In this document: in pieces, positions 39,886 to 50,000 of the stretch
Numbering within the stretch: the first letter of the stretch is position 1
Layout of the letters: each line of letters opens with the position of its first letter
DNA from: an uncultured Candidatus Saccharibacteria bacterium
GTDB lineage: Bacteria > Patescibacteriota > Minisyncoccia > Phycocordibacterales > JACOZG01
Assembly: GCA_964460805.1 (NCBI GenBank)
Contig: CAYWPU010000001.1
Coordinates: forward strand, 112,565 to 176,564
DNA length: 64,000 nucleotides
Direction: 5' to 3'
Notes under the pieces: model-generated
The model's input: only the letters and a program-made list of their open reading frames with translations
Databases searched by the model: none
Told to the model about the DNA's origin: nothing
Translations under genes and position numbers: made by a program

Positions 39886-40641
39886 ATGAAAGTAACCGAA
39901 CAACTTCAGAAGGATCATTACGACAAGTTAGCTTTTGCCTACGAAGCGCACTATGACGACTACTGGAGTCAGGCTTACAGACGTCTTTTTGTCTACTCTA
40001 GGTTATTTCGGGATTCAGACTTGCGCGGCAAGGCGGTTCTGGAGGCAATGTGTGGCAGTGGTCAAGCAACCTCTTTTCTCATTAGCCACGGAGCTACGGT
40101 CACTGCACTAGACATATCCGATAAGTTGATTAAATCTCTCAGGTTAAAGCATCCCGGTGTTAAGGCTGTCTGTGCCTCTATTCTTGGTAGCGGTTTGCCA
40201 TCGGACCACTTCGACGCGGTAGTGGTTATTGGCGGGTTGCACCATCTCCACCCACATGTATCAGAGGCTGTCACTGAGATACATCGCGTTCTAAAAAAGA
40301 ACGGGCTTTTCTATTTTTTTGAACCGCATCAGTCCTCATGGTTTAATTGGTTGAGGTCAAGGTGGTACAGGATTGATCCCATGATGTTTGAGTCTAATGA
40401 AGCGGCAATTGACACTCGGTCTCTCGCAAGCCACTTTCGCGGTCGTTTCCGGCCAGAATGGGAACACTATGCCGGCAGTATTGCTTACCTTTTTGTTTAT
40501 AATTCACTGGTCTGGAGGATCCCATTATTTTTGAAAAAGTTTTATTCAGCGCCTCTGTTTGTCTTAGAGTGGTTGTTTAGTTTATTTGTGGGAGAAAAAA
40601 TGGGAATGTACGTGTTCGGTCGTTGGCGTAAGATCTTATGA
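39886..40641 (+). CDS. Class I SAM-dependent methyltransferase
   Basis: VLEAMCGSGQAT motif I and LKKNGLFYFFEP. Confidence 0.65.
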   Translation: MKVTEQLQKDHYDKLAFAYEAHYDDYWSQAYRRLFVYSRLFRDSDLRGKAVLEAMCGSGQATSFLISHGATVTALDISDKLIKSLRLKHPGVKAVCASILGSGLPSDHFDAVVVIGGLHHLHPHVSEAVTEIHRVLKKNGLFYFFEPHQSSWFNWLRSRWYRIDPMMFESNEAAIDTRSLASHFRGRFRPEWEHYAGSIAYLFVYNSLVWRIPLFLKKFYSAPLFVLEWLFSLFVGEKMGMYVFGRWRKIL

Positions 40642-42299
40642 CTTCAATTCGTAATCTAATTGGCCCCGTTTGGTTTTTTTGCGCAGTTTTGGTTGCTTAT
40701 ATTGGTGTACACCTCTATCTCCACCACGATCTGAATAAGTTCAATCTAAGTAGTGATGTCTGGATGGTGCAGTTTGCTAGCCTGCAGCAGCGTGGGGAGG
40801 TTTGGGACCATGTTCCGCCGTTCTACAATCAGGAGAAATATTATTTGACCTACCCTATTATCTATCACCTCAATCCCGGTCTGGAGAGTGGGATGTTTAC
40901 TTACCAAGCGATGATGCTTTTGTTAATCATTGCAACATACTTGGCTACCGGGTTGGTTTTTTACAAAATATTCGGTAATTGGCATGTAGCAGCATTGGGA
41001 GGTTTGATGTTTCTGATTCCCCACCAGATATTTACTACTCGTTTTGGTCTGCTTGGCTTCGGCAATCTTAGGGGGGTTGGTTTCTCTTTTCCCTTTTACG
41101 CTCCGCTGGGTTACTACTGGATTATGTGTGGTCTGCATCACCAGAAGCAGAATATCGCCCTAGCACTATTGGCGGCTTTTTCTGTATATCTGTACCCACC
41201 CTTCGGCGTGCTTGTTGTCCCCTTGATCGTTCTGACGGCCGCGATTCACACTGGCAGACGCATGCTTCGGCCGCTCATGTGGTTTGTGCTGGTCTATATT
41301 GGTGTTTCCGGATTGTTTTGGTACGGACACTTTTCCAATCCCCATGCTGGCATGTTAGACAATGATCCAGATCTTTCTGTGGATCAACTGGCTGCTCAAC
41401 AAGAGATCATTGATTACCGTATTCCCGATGGCTCACTGAGGGGGATAGATTTTGGCGTAGCCAAGAGGGCAGTGTGGGACGGGTTACCATTGATCGCTCT
41501 GCTTGTAATCTCTCCTTTCGTGTTAAGGAAAAAGCGGGAGGAACTTAGTCAGGATTCCATCGGATTCTATCATCTCAATCTCAAGCTTATGGCGGTGGTG
41601 CTCGCCTTTGTTCTGGGTGTAGAGGTTGTGAATACAATTCTGTATTTGTATTCACGTCCACCTTTTTTTATTGAACACCTGAGACTGCTGCGTTTTTTGG
41701 GGTTTGCACTGGTCGGGCAGAGTGTTTGGGTGATGTCAGTGCTTTTCTGGGGTTCTCGACGTTGGTTTTTGGGTTGCGTAGTGGTGACTTTTCTCCTGTT
41801 TTCCCCTCTATCTTTGTCGGCGCCACTGGTGCGTGACTTCACCAGACGTTTTTTTCCAGAAGAAATCCGCCGCCATTATAACCTTGCTCCCATTGTCCCT
41901 CCTAGCGAGACACGTTCACCAGAAAATCTTTCTCAGGCGGCTCTCTGGGCCAAGAGTCAGTCGGTTCACCCAGGCAATAAGTTCTTTGTTTTTAGCGATG
42001 ACCAAGAAGACTTTAAGTTTAAAGTGATTAGTCAACAAGAAACTAACCTTACCAACAAGGAAGGATCAATTTGGATTACTTCTGGTATAGAAAATAGTCA
42101 AAAGTGGTACCAAGAGCGCTTGCGGTATGATCAGGTAGTTGCGTCTGGAGATTTTGGTGCTATTGTTGACTTGGCGCGAAGTCTGCAGTCCTCGCATATC
42201 GTTTTACCAAGGGGCAAATTTACCGAACTTTATGAAGCGTCGGGAGAGTCGTTACGGTCGGTATATCGGAATGGCGATTACTCAATTTTAGAAATCTAG
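40638..42299 (+). CDS. Polytopic membrane protein, putative GT-C-fold glycosyltransferase (GtrC/ArnT-like), with a C-terminal soluble domain
   Basis: About 11 predicted TM segments over roughly 380 aa. Sits between a GtrB-like GT2 and a GT4. No sequence motif identified. Confidence 0.3.
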   Translation: MTSIRNLIGPVWFFCAVLVAYIGVHLYLHHDLNKFNLSSDVWMVQFASLQQRGEVWDHVPPFYNQEKYYLTYPIIYHLNPGLESGMFTYQAMMLLLIIATYLATGLVFYKIFGNWHVAALGGLMFLIPHQIFTTRFGLLGFGNLRGVGFSFPFYAPLGYYWIMCGLHHQKQNIALALLAAFSVYLYPPFGVLVVPLIVLTAAIHTGRRMLRPLMWFVLVYIGVSGLFWYGHFSNPHAGMLDNDPDLSVDQLAAQQEIIDYRIPDGSLRGIDFGVAKRAVWDGLPLIALLVISPFVLRKKREELSQDSIGFYHLNLKLMAVVLAFVLGVEVVNTILYLYSRPPFFIEHLRLLRFLGFALVGQSVWVMSVLFWGSRRWFLGCVVVTFLLFSPLSLSAPLVRDFTRRFFPEEIRRHYNLAPIVPPSETRSPENLSQAALWAKSQSVHPGNKFFVFSDDQEDFKFKVISQQETNLTNKEGSIWITSGIENSQKWYQERLRYDQVVASGDFGAIVDLARSLQSSHIVLPRGKFTELYEASGESLRSVYRNGDYSILEI

Positions 42300-42302
42300 C
42301 TT

Positions 42303-43406
42303 ATGAAATTTGTTTTTCTCGCTCCACGTTATCATACCAATCTGCACTTCCAGATTAAGACTCTGTGTGATCGCGGCCACCGGGTGTACTTCTTAAGCTT
42401 ATACCAGGGCGGTTCGGAGTATCACGGTGCGCTAGAGCCAGAGCTATTGGGTTACTCACCAGTATTCCTCTGGCTGAACGGGTGGTTAGACAGCTCTGGT
42501 GGCAACTTGACCAAGAATAACTTCGAGCTTAAGTATGGTTTTCCACCCCTGTCCCGTCTCCTTCGACGGTTGTGGCAGATTAAGCCCGATGTGGTGGTCA
42601 TCAAGAATATCGAGAGCGCCTACTCGCTTGTGTCAGCAGTGATAGCAAGATCGTTAGGCTCGCGTATTGTTTTTTTGATCCAGATCCCCAAGTATCGAGA
42701 GAAGCACAAGAGTTGGTCGGTAGCCTTGGTGGGCTGGCTCTTTGGAGCCTTGGCGCTCACTCCCATCCTGGGTGATGAGCGCTGGTCGAATGCCAATCCT
42801 AATTTGCGCTATCTACCGTTCAGTTATCCGGCGGTAGAGATTGCAGATAAGGCTGTTGCTCCGGGCGGTGTAAGACGACTGCTCTGCGTTGGCAAATTCC
42901 AAGAGCGCAAGGGTCAACTCCTGCTCTTGCGAGCAATAACCGCCTTGCGTTCAAATTATAAACTTGCGCTAACTCTGGTTGGCCAGACTGATGAAGATGC
43001 TTATTACAGCCAGCTGAGGGACTATGTCTGTAGTCAGAGTCTAGAAGACATCGTTACTCTCAAGTCTGATTTGCTGTGGGAAGAAGTGCAACAGGAATAT
43101 AAAAAGCATGATGTATTTATTCTTCCCAGTTGGGCTGAATCTGCAGCTTACTCGCCACTGGAGGCGATGGCCCACGGTTTACCGGTTTTGACCTCCGACG
43201 ACAACGGCACCAAGGATTATATTATTAACGGTGAGAATGGTTATCATTTTAGAGCAAAAGATGTCCAAGACTTGGCACACAAATTAGAGTTAATTATTAA
43301 AGACGAGGAAACAATACGTTGTATGGGTGCGCGCGGTCTGGAGGAAGCCAAAACTAAATATAATCCCGAGCTGTTCTACCAAAATTTCCTAGAGATGTTA
43401 GGCTAA
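42303..43406 (+). CDS. Glycosyltransferase family 4
   Basis: YSPLEAMAHGLPVLTSDDNGTKDYI. Confidence 0.7.
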   Translation: MKFVFLAPRYHTNLHFQIKTLCDRGHRVYFLSLYQGGSEYHGALEPELLGYSPVFLWLNGWLDSSGGNLTKNNFELKYGFPPLSRLLRRLWQIKPDVVVIKNIESAYSLVSAVIARSLGSRIVFLIQIPKYREKHKSWSVALVGWLFGALALTPILGDERWSNANPNLRYLPFSYPAVEIADKAVAPGGVRRLLCVGKFQERKGQLLLLRAITALRSNYKLALTLVGQTDEDAYYSQLRDYVCSQSLEDIVTLKSDLLWEEVQQEYKKHDVFILPSWAESAAYSPLEAMAHGLPVLTSDDNGTKDYIINGENGYHFRAKDVQDLAHKLELIIKDEETIRCMGARGLEEAKTKYNPELFYQNFLEMLG

Positions 43407-43411
43407 ACAGG

Positions 43412-45067
43412 ATGGATTACTGTGGTTTTCCCAAGAGCTTGATCCCCAGTCTGTGTTGCCCAGAACATGGATTGCAGCTGAGTCTAGAGCAGGCGGAGGT
43501 GGAGGATGGGCGAGTGGTCTACGAAGGATTGCTCCGTTGCTCCGCTGTCTCTTGTACTCGCGGACATGTAATTAGGGGTGGAATCTTGTATATGCTGGAT
43601 AGAGGACAGCTTAGCGAATTGCAGAAATCCGAGATTGTCTCACGTGATGATCAAGCTCCAGATTATGACCGTCGCCTAGCTAGTCGCCACGAGAAAGAGG
43701 TTCCCACTACTTTGGCAGAGTGTGGAAGGATCGCTGGTCGGAAGGTCATTGAATATGGCTGTGGTACGGGGAGATTTACTCTCCACCTGCTGGACGCTGA
43801 CGAGTTGCTGGCTGTGGACTTCTCCCTGAAGTCTCTGCAAATATTAAGTCGCAAGTTATCAAGGCACAATAGTAATGTTGGCTTGATCTGGGGAGATGTT
43901 GCCCGTTTGCGATTAGCGCCCAATTACTTTGATTTAGCACTCTCTACTCAAGTACTGGAGCATCTTGCTACTCCTCAAGATCGCCAGCGTTTTCTCACTC
44001 AAGTGGAGTCTTCACTTGTGGTTGGTGGTCGCTTGGTCTGCTCGGCCTACCACTATGACATACGACGCTGGTTCAAGTGCCTCCCTCAGGAGGGATTCCA
44101 TAATTCGGGTATTTTTTATCACTATTTTACGTTGAGCGAGATTGTTCAGGAAGTCAGTTCACGATTCCTGGTTTTGGCGGCTAGGCCGATTGATATCACT
44201 TGTCCACTAGAGTCGCGTCTTCGTATTTCTCCAACTTGGAGTGGTAGGTTTTCCCGATTATTGGAACGTTGTCCACCAATCAACCGGCTGGGGCACCTGG
44301 CGCTGGTGGTGGCGGTTAAGTTACCAGCGACCAGCCGTACTTGCGTCATCTATAGTTGGGGATTGTTGTTCCCCTGGTTGCTAGCCAAGCGCTGGTTCTG
44401 GTTCACAGAACCGTTTGATGTTCCGCGCACTGCGTTACTCAACTTCTTTTCTTATCAGGATATAAATGTTTCCGGTTTCCATCGTCGGCCAGGTCTTACC
44501 AGCGTGATAGACTTGAGTCAGAGTATTGAGGCCATTAGGTCTAAGATGCGGCCCAACTTCATACTCAAACAAATTAGTAAGGGGGAGAGGAGGGGTCTAG
44601 TGGCTAGACGCGATAAAGATGCCGGTTCGTTTAGGACACTATATCGGCGTTTCCGCTTGGTTCACCACCTACCAGTTGAGAAAATTAAACCATTACTTAG
44701 TCAGTCGCTGATTTATTCTGTATACAGTGGCAAGCGGGCAATTGCCAGCGGCCTGTTTATTAGTAATGGTGTCTATATGCGAGCTTGGGCGCTGGTGTCT
44801 CTAACCTCTCGCGAGGAACCAGATAGGGAACTGGTGGGTCAGGCTAATCGCCTACTTTTGTGGTACGCTATCCAGGATAGTAAAGCCTCTGGACACCAAC
44901 TATTTGATCTGGGGGGGATTTCTCCTGCTTCTCCGCATAAACATCTACGCACTTTAGCGGAGTTTAAAGAAGCCTTTGGTGGCGAGCGTCGCCAGACTTT
45001 CTATTATTTTAAGGTTTATTCTAGATTATTAAAAACTTGGATGAAAATAAGGGGTTGGGTATTTTAA
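43412..45067 (+). CDS. Fusion protein: N-terminal class I SAM methyltransferase plus C-terminal FemAB/CelD-like GNAT acyl-/aminoacyl-transferase domain
   Basis: VIEYGCGTGRFTLHLL (motif I). C-terminal ...WYAIQDSKASGHQLFDLGGISPAS...LAEFKEAFGG resembles the FemAB/PF13480 terminus. Confidence 0.5.
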   Translation: MDYCGFPKSLIPSLCCPEHGLQLSLEQAEVEDGRVVYEGLLRCSAVSCTRGHVIRGGILYMLDRGQLSELQKSEIVSRDDQAPDYDRRLASRHEKEVPTTLAECGRIAGRKVIEYGCGTGRFTLHLLDADELLAVDFSLKSLQILSRKLSRHNSNVGLIWGDVARLRLAPNYFDLALSTQVLEHLATPQDRQRFLTQVESSLVVGGRLVCSAYHYDIRRWFKCLPQEGFHNSGIFYHYFTLSEIVQEVSSRFLVLAARPIDITCPLESRLRISPTWSGRFSRLLERCPPINRLGHLALVVAVKLPATSRTCVIYSWGLLFPWLLAKRWFWFTEPFDVPRTALLNFFSYQDINVSGFHRRPGLTSVIDLSQSIEAIRSKMRPNFILKQISKGERRGLVARRDKDAGSFRTLYRRFRLVHHLPVEKIKPLLSQSLIYSVYSGKRAIASGLFISNGVYMRAWALVSLTSREEPDRELVGQANRLLLWYAIQDSKASGHQLFDLGGISPASPHKHLRTLAEFKEAFGGERRQTFYYFKVYSRLLKTWMKIRGWVF

Positions 45068-45076
45068 TTTACACAC

Positions 45077-46063
45077 ATGTACTTTATTATCACTGTCGAT
45101 ACCGAGGCCGACAACCAGTGGGCTAGAGAATCAACGATTACTCTCAATAATATCCCTTATCTGCAGCGCTTCCAGGATCTCTGCTGTAAATACGGATTCC
45201 CCGTCACCTACCTGGTGACTTATGAGGTGGCAGAGTCGGATGAGGCCGTTAATCTTCTAAAGCGTTTTGTTGCAGAGTGCGGAGCAGAAGTTGGGGCCCA
45301 TCTTCATCCCTGGACCAATCCGCCCTACGACCACAACGACCTATCCTGGGAGAGGAGTGTCCATCGCTTTCCTCATGAGCTTGAACGTAATCTGCTACGC
45401 TGCAAGCTGGAGTCGTTGACTAGTCTAATCACTAGTCGTTTCGGCGTTAGGCCTACCAGCTATCGGTCTGGTCGCTGGGGTTTCAATGGCGTGGTTGCGG
45501 TCGAGCTCATTAGACTGGGTTATCTGGTTGATTGTTCAGTGACACCCAAGCTTTCTTGGGTTTCTAATCTGGGCGATCCCCAAGGTCGAGGTGGTCCGGA
45601 TTATCGCTCAGCACCGGCTTGTCCGTATCATCTAGACTTGGATGATGTGAATAAGCCGGGTCCCAGTTCCTTGCTGGAAGTACCCCTTACCACCCTTTTC
45701 ACTACCAGATTATTTGCTGGCGGGGACCAGTCTCGCTTGGCTAAGTGGTTTCTGGGATTGCCCGATTCCCAGCTCAAGCGGTTACTTAATCACATGCTTT
45801 TCCGGATGCGGACATTGCGAGTATTCCCCAATTCTCGGGCCCGCATGTTCCGGTCCATACTAAGAGCCGCAGAGGCCGAGTGCTTACCAGTACTGGAGTT
45901 TATGATCCATTCCAGCGAGCTCATGCCGGGAGGTAGTCCGTATGCCCAGTCTGCCACGGAGGTGGAGCGGACTTATGTTTTACTGGAGAGGATGTTACAG
46001 TTGTTCCAGGCGCGTGGCCTGCAGGGTGTCACTCTCAGTGCTTACGCTCAGAAGGTTGATTGA
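45077..46063 (+). CDS. Putative carbohydrate esterase family 4 (polysaccharide deacetylase)-like protein
   Basis: IITVDTEAD (cf. NodB TFDDG) and HLHPWTN (cf. H-x-x-H). Weak. Confidence 0.3.
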   Translation: MYFIITVDTEADNQWARESTITLNNIPYLQRFQDLCCKYGFPVTYLVTYEVAESDEAVNLLKRFVAECGAEVGAHLHPWTNPPYDHNDLSWERSVHRFPHELERNLLRCKLESLTSLITSRFGVRPTSYRSGRWGFNGVVAVELIRLGYLVDCSVTPKLSWVSNLGDPQGRGGPDYRSAPACPYHLDLDDVNKPGPSSLLEVPLTTLFTTRLFAGGDQSRLAKWFLGLPDSQLKRLLNHMLFRMRTLRVFPNSRARMFRSILRAAEAECLPVLEFMIHSSELMPGGSPYAQSATEVERTYVLLERMLQLFQARGLQGVTLSAYAQKVD

Positions 46064-46066
46064 TGT

Positions 46067-46750
46067 ATGTTTAAGAGAATAGCTAAGCTTTTGCTAGAGA
46101 AGAACCAGAAACTGCGCCATTTTGCTGTGAGCAAACTGGTTAGATTACATAATTATAGCCATCACAAGATTGCCGAGCTGGCTAGTCTAGATGAGGGCAA
46201 TATTCACCCCAAGCACCGCTTAACACAGTACCACCGGTTTTTTTTAGACAGAGTGTCGCCAAACGATAGAGTTTTAGACGTGGGTTGTGGGGCGGGTTAC
46301 TTGGCTTACGCGATAGCCTCGGTAGCTAAACAGGTGGTGGGCGTGGATATCTCTGCGGCTAATATTGACTACGCTACAACTCACCACCACCGAGATAATC
46401 TAAAGTTTATTTTAGCCGATGTGACCACTTACCCCTGGGCAGGACATTTCGACAAGATAATCTTGTCGAATGTGCTGGAGCATATCAAGGATCGGATAGC
46501 TTTATTAAAGTCACTGGCTAAGCTTAGCGATACCATTCTCTTTAGGGTGCCAATGGAGACTCGCGATTGGCTGACAATGTACAAAAAAGAAAAAGGTTTT
46601 GAATATCGTTTGGATTCTACCCACTACATTGAGTATAGTCTTGAGACAATCCAGTCGGAGTTAAGTGCGGCTGGTTGGACCGTGGCCGAGTCTCAGATCA
46701 ACTGGGGGGAGTTTTGGGCTGTGCTTAAGAGAACACATGAACCGGCATAG
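46067..46750 (+). CDS. Class I SAM-dependent methyltransferase
   Basis: VLDVGCGAGYLAYAIA motif I. Confidence 0.7.
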   Translation: MFKRIAKLLLEKNQKLRHFAVSKLVRLHNYSHHKIAELASLDEGNIHPKHRLTQYHRFFLDRVSPNDRVLDVGCGAGYLAYAIASVAKQVVGVDISAANIDYATTHHHRDNLKFILADVTTYPWAGHFDKIILSNVLEHIKDRIALLKSLAKLSDTILFRVPMETRDWLTMYKKEKGFEYRLDSTHYIEYSLETIQSELSAAGWTVAESQINWGEFWAVLKRTHEPA

Positions 46751-47825
46751 CATTTTATTCCTCGTTAATAGCCTTGGTGTTGGCGGAGCGGAGCGGGCCA
46801 TGGTGGCCCAGGCTAATTATTTAGCTGATCGGGGCCAGAAGATTGTTTTTGTAACCTTACGACCCACAAATCAGGCTCTTTCTCTGGTGGGCGAATTGGA
46901 TGGTCGCGTGGAGTATTTTTGTTTAGATTGGCGGGCGCTTTTTGACCCTCACTCGTTTAGGAAAATAAATACCCTCGTTCGGTCTTGTTATGCAAGAACA
47001 ATATATGCCACTTTGGATCAGGCTATCATTGTGTCTAAATTGCTTAAGATTGCTCACCCGGGATTGAGATTAGTTATACGCGAGTCGGGCGTGGCCAGTC
47101 GCAAGAGTTGGCGGCTGAAGCTCTTGGATCTCGTTACCAACTGGATGTGCTACTCTATCATTGCTGTGTCTCCCGAGGTGGCAGAGAGTCTATTGGCCTA
47201 TCAGTCCATCTACGAAGGCAAAATCAGAATTGTCTCCAATGGAGTAGATTTACCTGCCCCGGTGATTCGTTCCAATAGAGATGTCCTCATCCTATTGCAT
47301 GTCGGGTCTATGAATAATCCAGGCAAAAGGCAGAGTGAGATCATTAAAATTTTTGGCGAAATTGTGCGTCGGACAAAAGAAAAACTCTCACTCGTCTTAG
47401 TGGGTGATGGTATATGTCGTCCAAGATTGGAGGCTCAAGTGCAATTCGCCGGTTTGGGGCAGAAGGTTATCTTTACCGGCTTACTCTCTCCCGCAGAGCT
47501 CTCTAATCTCTACGATCAGGCAGATATCTTTCTGCTCTATTCGGTAACTGAGGGGTCCCCCAATGTTGTTCTTGAGGCGATGGCTCACGGCTTGCCCATC
47601 CTGTCCACCCGTATTCCTGGAGTGAATGAGTGTGTGCTGGATCAAGCGACTGGATTATTGTCAGATGAGGGTCAACAAGAGCGGTATATTGATAACCTGC
47701 TCCGTATGATCAGCGACCGGGGTCTCAGACTCTCGCTGGGGGAGGCGGGCAGAAAGCGGGTCATGGCCCGCTTTCTCTTGGGACACACAATAGCTAAACT
47801 GGAACCGATTTTACTTTTTGACTAA
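46737..47825 (+). CDS. Glycosyltransferase family 4
   Basis: N-terminus ILFLVNSLGVGGAERAM and C-terminus VTEGSPNVVLEAMAHGLPILSTRIPGVNE. Confidence 0.7.
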   Translation: MNRHSILFLVNSLGVGGAERAMVAQANYLADRGQKIVFVTLRPTNQALSLVGELDGRVEYFCLDWRALFDPHSFRKINTLVRSCYARTIYATLDQAIIVSKLLKIAHPGLRLVIRESGVASRKSWRLKLLDLVTNWMCYSIIAVSPEVAESLLAYQSIYEGKIRIVSNGVDLPAPVIRSNRDVLILLHVGSMNNPGKRQSEIIKIFGEIVRRTKEKLSLVLVGDGICRPRLEAQVQFAGLGQKVIFTGLLSPAELSNLYDQADIFLLYSVTEGSPNVVLEAMAHGLPILSTRIPGVNECVLDQATGLLSDEGQQERYIDNLLRMISDRGLRLSLGEAGRKRVMARFLLGHTIAKLEPILLFD

Positions 47826-48648
47826 AATACGATTAAATCTGAGTCTAAAAATGCAGAAACTTAACTTCTCTCATTTTCGCCAAATTGTCCACGTCACCAA
47901 GCGGCAACGCATGGAAAGCGACTGGCTCTACGCTCTACTGCGCTCTGTTTCTGTCCGCTGTTCCTTTTGGCTCCTGAGTCTTTTTCCAAGTATTAGGCCT
48001 AACCACGTGTCATTAATGATGGTGCTGCTGGTGGGAGGGGTACTGATATCTAATCTCTACCCCTTCTCCGTTCCGGCGTATCTGGTTTTGCTAACCCAGC
48101 TCTTGCTCTTGCAATTAGCTTCCTTGTGTGATCGTGTTGATGGTGAGATAGCACGTTATCAGCAGCACTTCACTCAACGAGGCATATATTACGACCGAGT
48201 TTTTCATTTCCTTTACCCTTTTGCTCTCTATCTTGCTGTGGGTCACTACTTTGCCCAACTTCACAATCTCTCTTGGTGGCTAACGCTTGCTATGTTGCTA
48301 GCCATCCTGTCTGTTTTGGTGGGGATACAGGGCAAGATGCGTCATCATATCAAGTTTAAGATTTTGCTCGAAGGGCATCCCGAACTTATCAGGGATCTGT
48401 ATCCCAGCAGTTCTACCTCTCCGATTTTGGGGAGAGGGTGGCGCTTTTTTCATTATCTCGTTTTCATGACCTATACCTGGGTATCGGGCCTGTATTTATT
48501 CTTGCTGATCTTGAGCCAGTTCTCTCTGTATTGGTCTTCTGGGCTCTACCTCTTACACGCGTTTATTTCTATCGTCTGGTTCTCTTATTACTTGTTAGTA
48601 ACCTACCCCAGTCACGCTTTGTTCTCCAAGCAAGACTTCCAACTCTAA
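47818..48648 (+). CDS. CDP-alcohol phosphatidyltransferase-family membrane protein
   Basis: CDRVDGEIARYQQHFTQRGIYYD fits D-G-x2-A-R-x8-G-x3-D. Multiple TM segments. Confidence 0.45.
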   Translation: MTKIRLNLSLKMQKLNFSHFRQIVHVTKRQRMESDWLYALLRSVSVRCSFWLLSLFPSIRPNHVSLMMVLLVGGVLISNLYPFSVPAYLVLLTQLLLLQLASLCDRVDGEIARYQQHFTQRGIYYDRVFHFLYPFALYLAVGHYFAQLHNLSWWLTLAMLLAILSVLVGIQGKMRHHIKFKILLEGHPELIRDLYPSSSTSPILGRGWRFFHYLVFMTYTWVSGLYLFLLILSQFSLYWSSGLYLLHAFISIVWFSYYLLVTYPSHALFSKQDFQL

Positions 48649-49919
48649 GTCGAAGTTGACGGAAGCGGGAAGGCTTTATGGAAATAGTATTGGTAGACGA
48701 AAGTATTGAGGCCGTTACCGATGATTGAACCACAGACAGCGCCCCAGATACCCCATACTGGCAACATTAGGGCAAAAACACCGATCCGTATGAGCGGCGC
48801 GATAATACGCACAGCGTAGAGCTCTTTCTGCTTCATATGAGCGGTCATAGCGGTAGAGAAGAAGGTGCGTGGGAAGAAGAGTAGCGAGAGGGCGTAGACC
48901 TGAGAGAGCAGTAGTGCGCTTGTGTACTTGGGGAAGAAGAGGGGAAAGAGTAGGGGTGAGACTACCCAATAAGCCGCCACTGCTAACAAGATCAGCACCT
49001 CGAGGCGTAGCATTTTACCAGGTAGTGTCTGGCGGATTGTCTCGGGTGTGTCGCTGGCGCTGAGCTTGGGTAGAGCGAGGACGGACATGTTCTGGAGCAA
49101 GCTCTTGATCTGTCCTGGCGCTGAGGTTGCAATGATGTAGACAGCCAGTTGCGCCGCGCCTAAGTAGTGGAAGATCAACAACTTATCGATTTGTCCGGCT
49201 ACAGTCTTGAGTACTTCCATCAGACTGAGGTGGAAGCCGTAGCGGCCCAAAGAGGTAGTGTTGCTACTGACGGCGAGAGAGCTGGGTCGTAGACGGTAGA
49301 GAAAGAGGCTCTGCAGGATAATCTCTGGCACGAAGTAGACAACGATCAATAAGAGCAAATTGTCACTAAAGAAGAGGAACAATAAGATGCTAAGGGTGTT
49401 GAGTATCCTCACGGCGCTGGCGCTGTAGGCTAGGCGTCGGAAATCTCGCCGACCATTGAGGAGGGCCTCATACATGCCGCTCGCCGACACCAGCGGGATA
49501 CTTACCGCGCAGATCATCACACTGAGTGCGAGTGTGATATTGCCTTGTGCCAGATAATATAACGCTACGCCACCAGAGAGCACAGTGGCGAGTAGGGAAT
49601 AGGAGAGCTTTTTCTGTAATAGCCGCCAGAAGCTGGTCTCGTCACCGGAGGCGACACCCTTGATCGCGGCGGTATTGATACCGGGGAAGGTGGCCACCAT
49701 CAGCACGCTCATAATGGAGAGCACGTAACGGTAGTTGCCGTAAGTTTCAGCTGGGAGGAGATTGGCGAAGGCGATAGCGAGCAGTAATGACGAGATGGAT
49801 GCCACGGCCTGACTAAAGGTGAGCCAGACGCTGCCCTTGGCCAGATAGACCATATCAGTCTTGGTGTAGCGCTCGCTCCAGCGCAGAGTCTGGTGGGCCT
49901 TGTGTCGCCAGGTGCTCAT
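48645..49919 (-). CDS. Wzx-like oligosaccharide flippase (MOP superfamily polysaccharide biosynthesis protein)
   Basis: About 12 TM segments. N-terminal LPAETYGNYRYVLSI is typical of Wzx/PF01943. Confidence 0.6.
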   Translation of the reverse strand: MSTWRHKAHQTLRWSERYTKTDMVYLAKGSVWLTFSQAVASISSLLLAIAFANLLPAETYGNYRYVLSIMSVLMVATFPGINTAAIKGVASGDETSFWRLLQKKLSYSLLATVLSGGVALYYLAQGNITLALSVMICAVSIPLVSASGMYEALLNGRRDFRRLAYSASAVRILNTLSILLFLFFSDNLLLLIVVYFVPEIILQSLFLYRLRPSSLAVSSNTTSLGRYGFHLSLMEVLKTVAGQIDKLLIFHYLGAAQLAVYIIATSAPGQIKSLLQNMSVLALPKLSASDTPETIRQTLPGKMLRLEVLILLAVAAYWVVSPLLFPLFFPKYTSALLLSQVYALSLLFFPRTFFSTAMTAHMKQKELYAVRIIAPLIRIGVFALMLPVWGIWGAVCGSIIGNGLNTFVYQYYFHKAFPLPSTST

Positions 49920-50000
49920 TTTGTCTCCATACTACCATTTCCGCGGAGATGTGCTAAAGTGTTCTGCAATATAGTAAACACTGACAAACTCTGTAATTAC

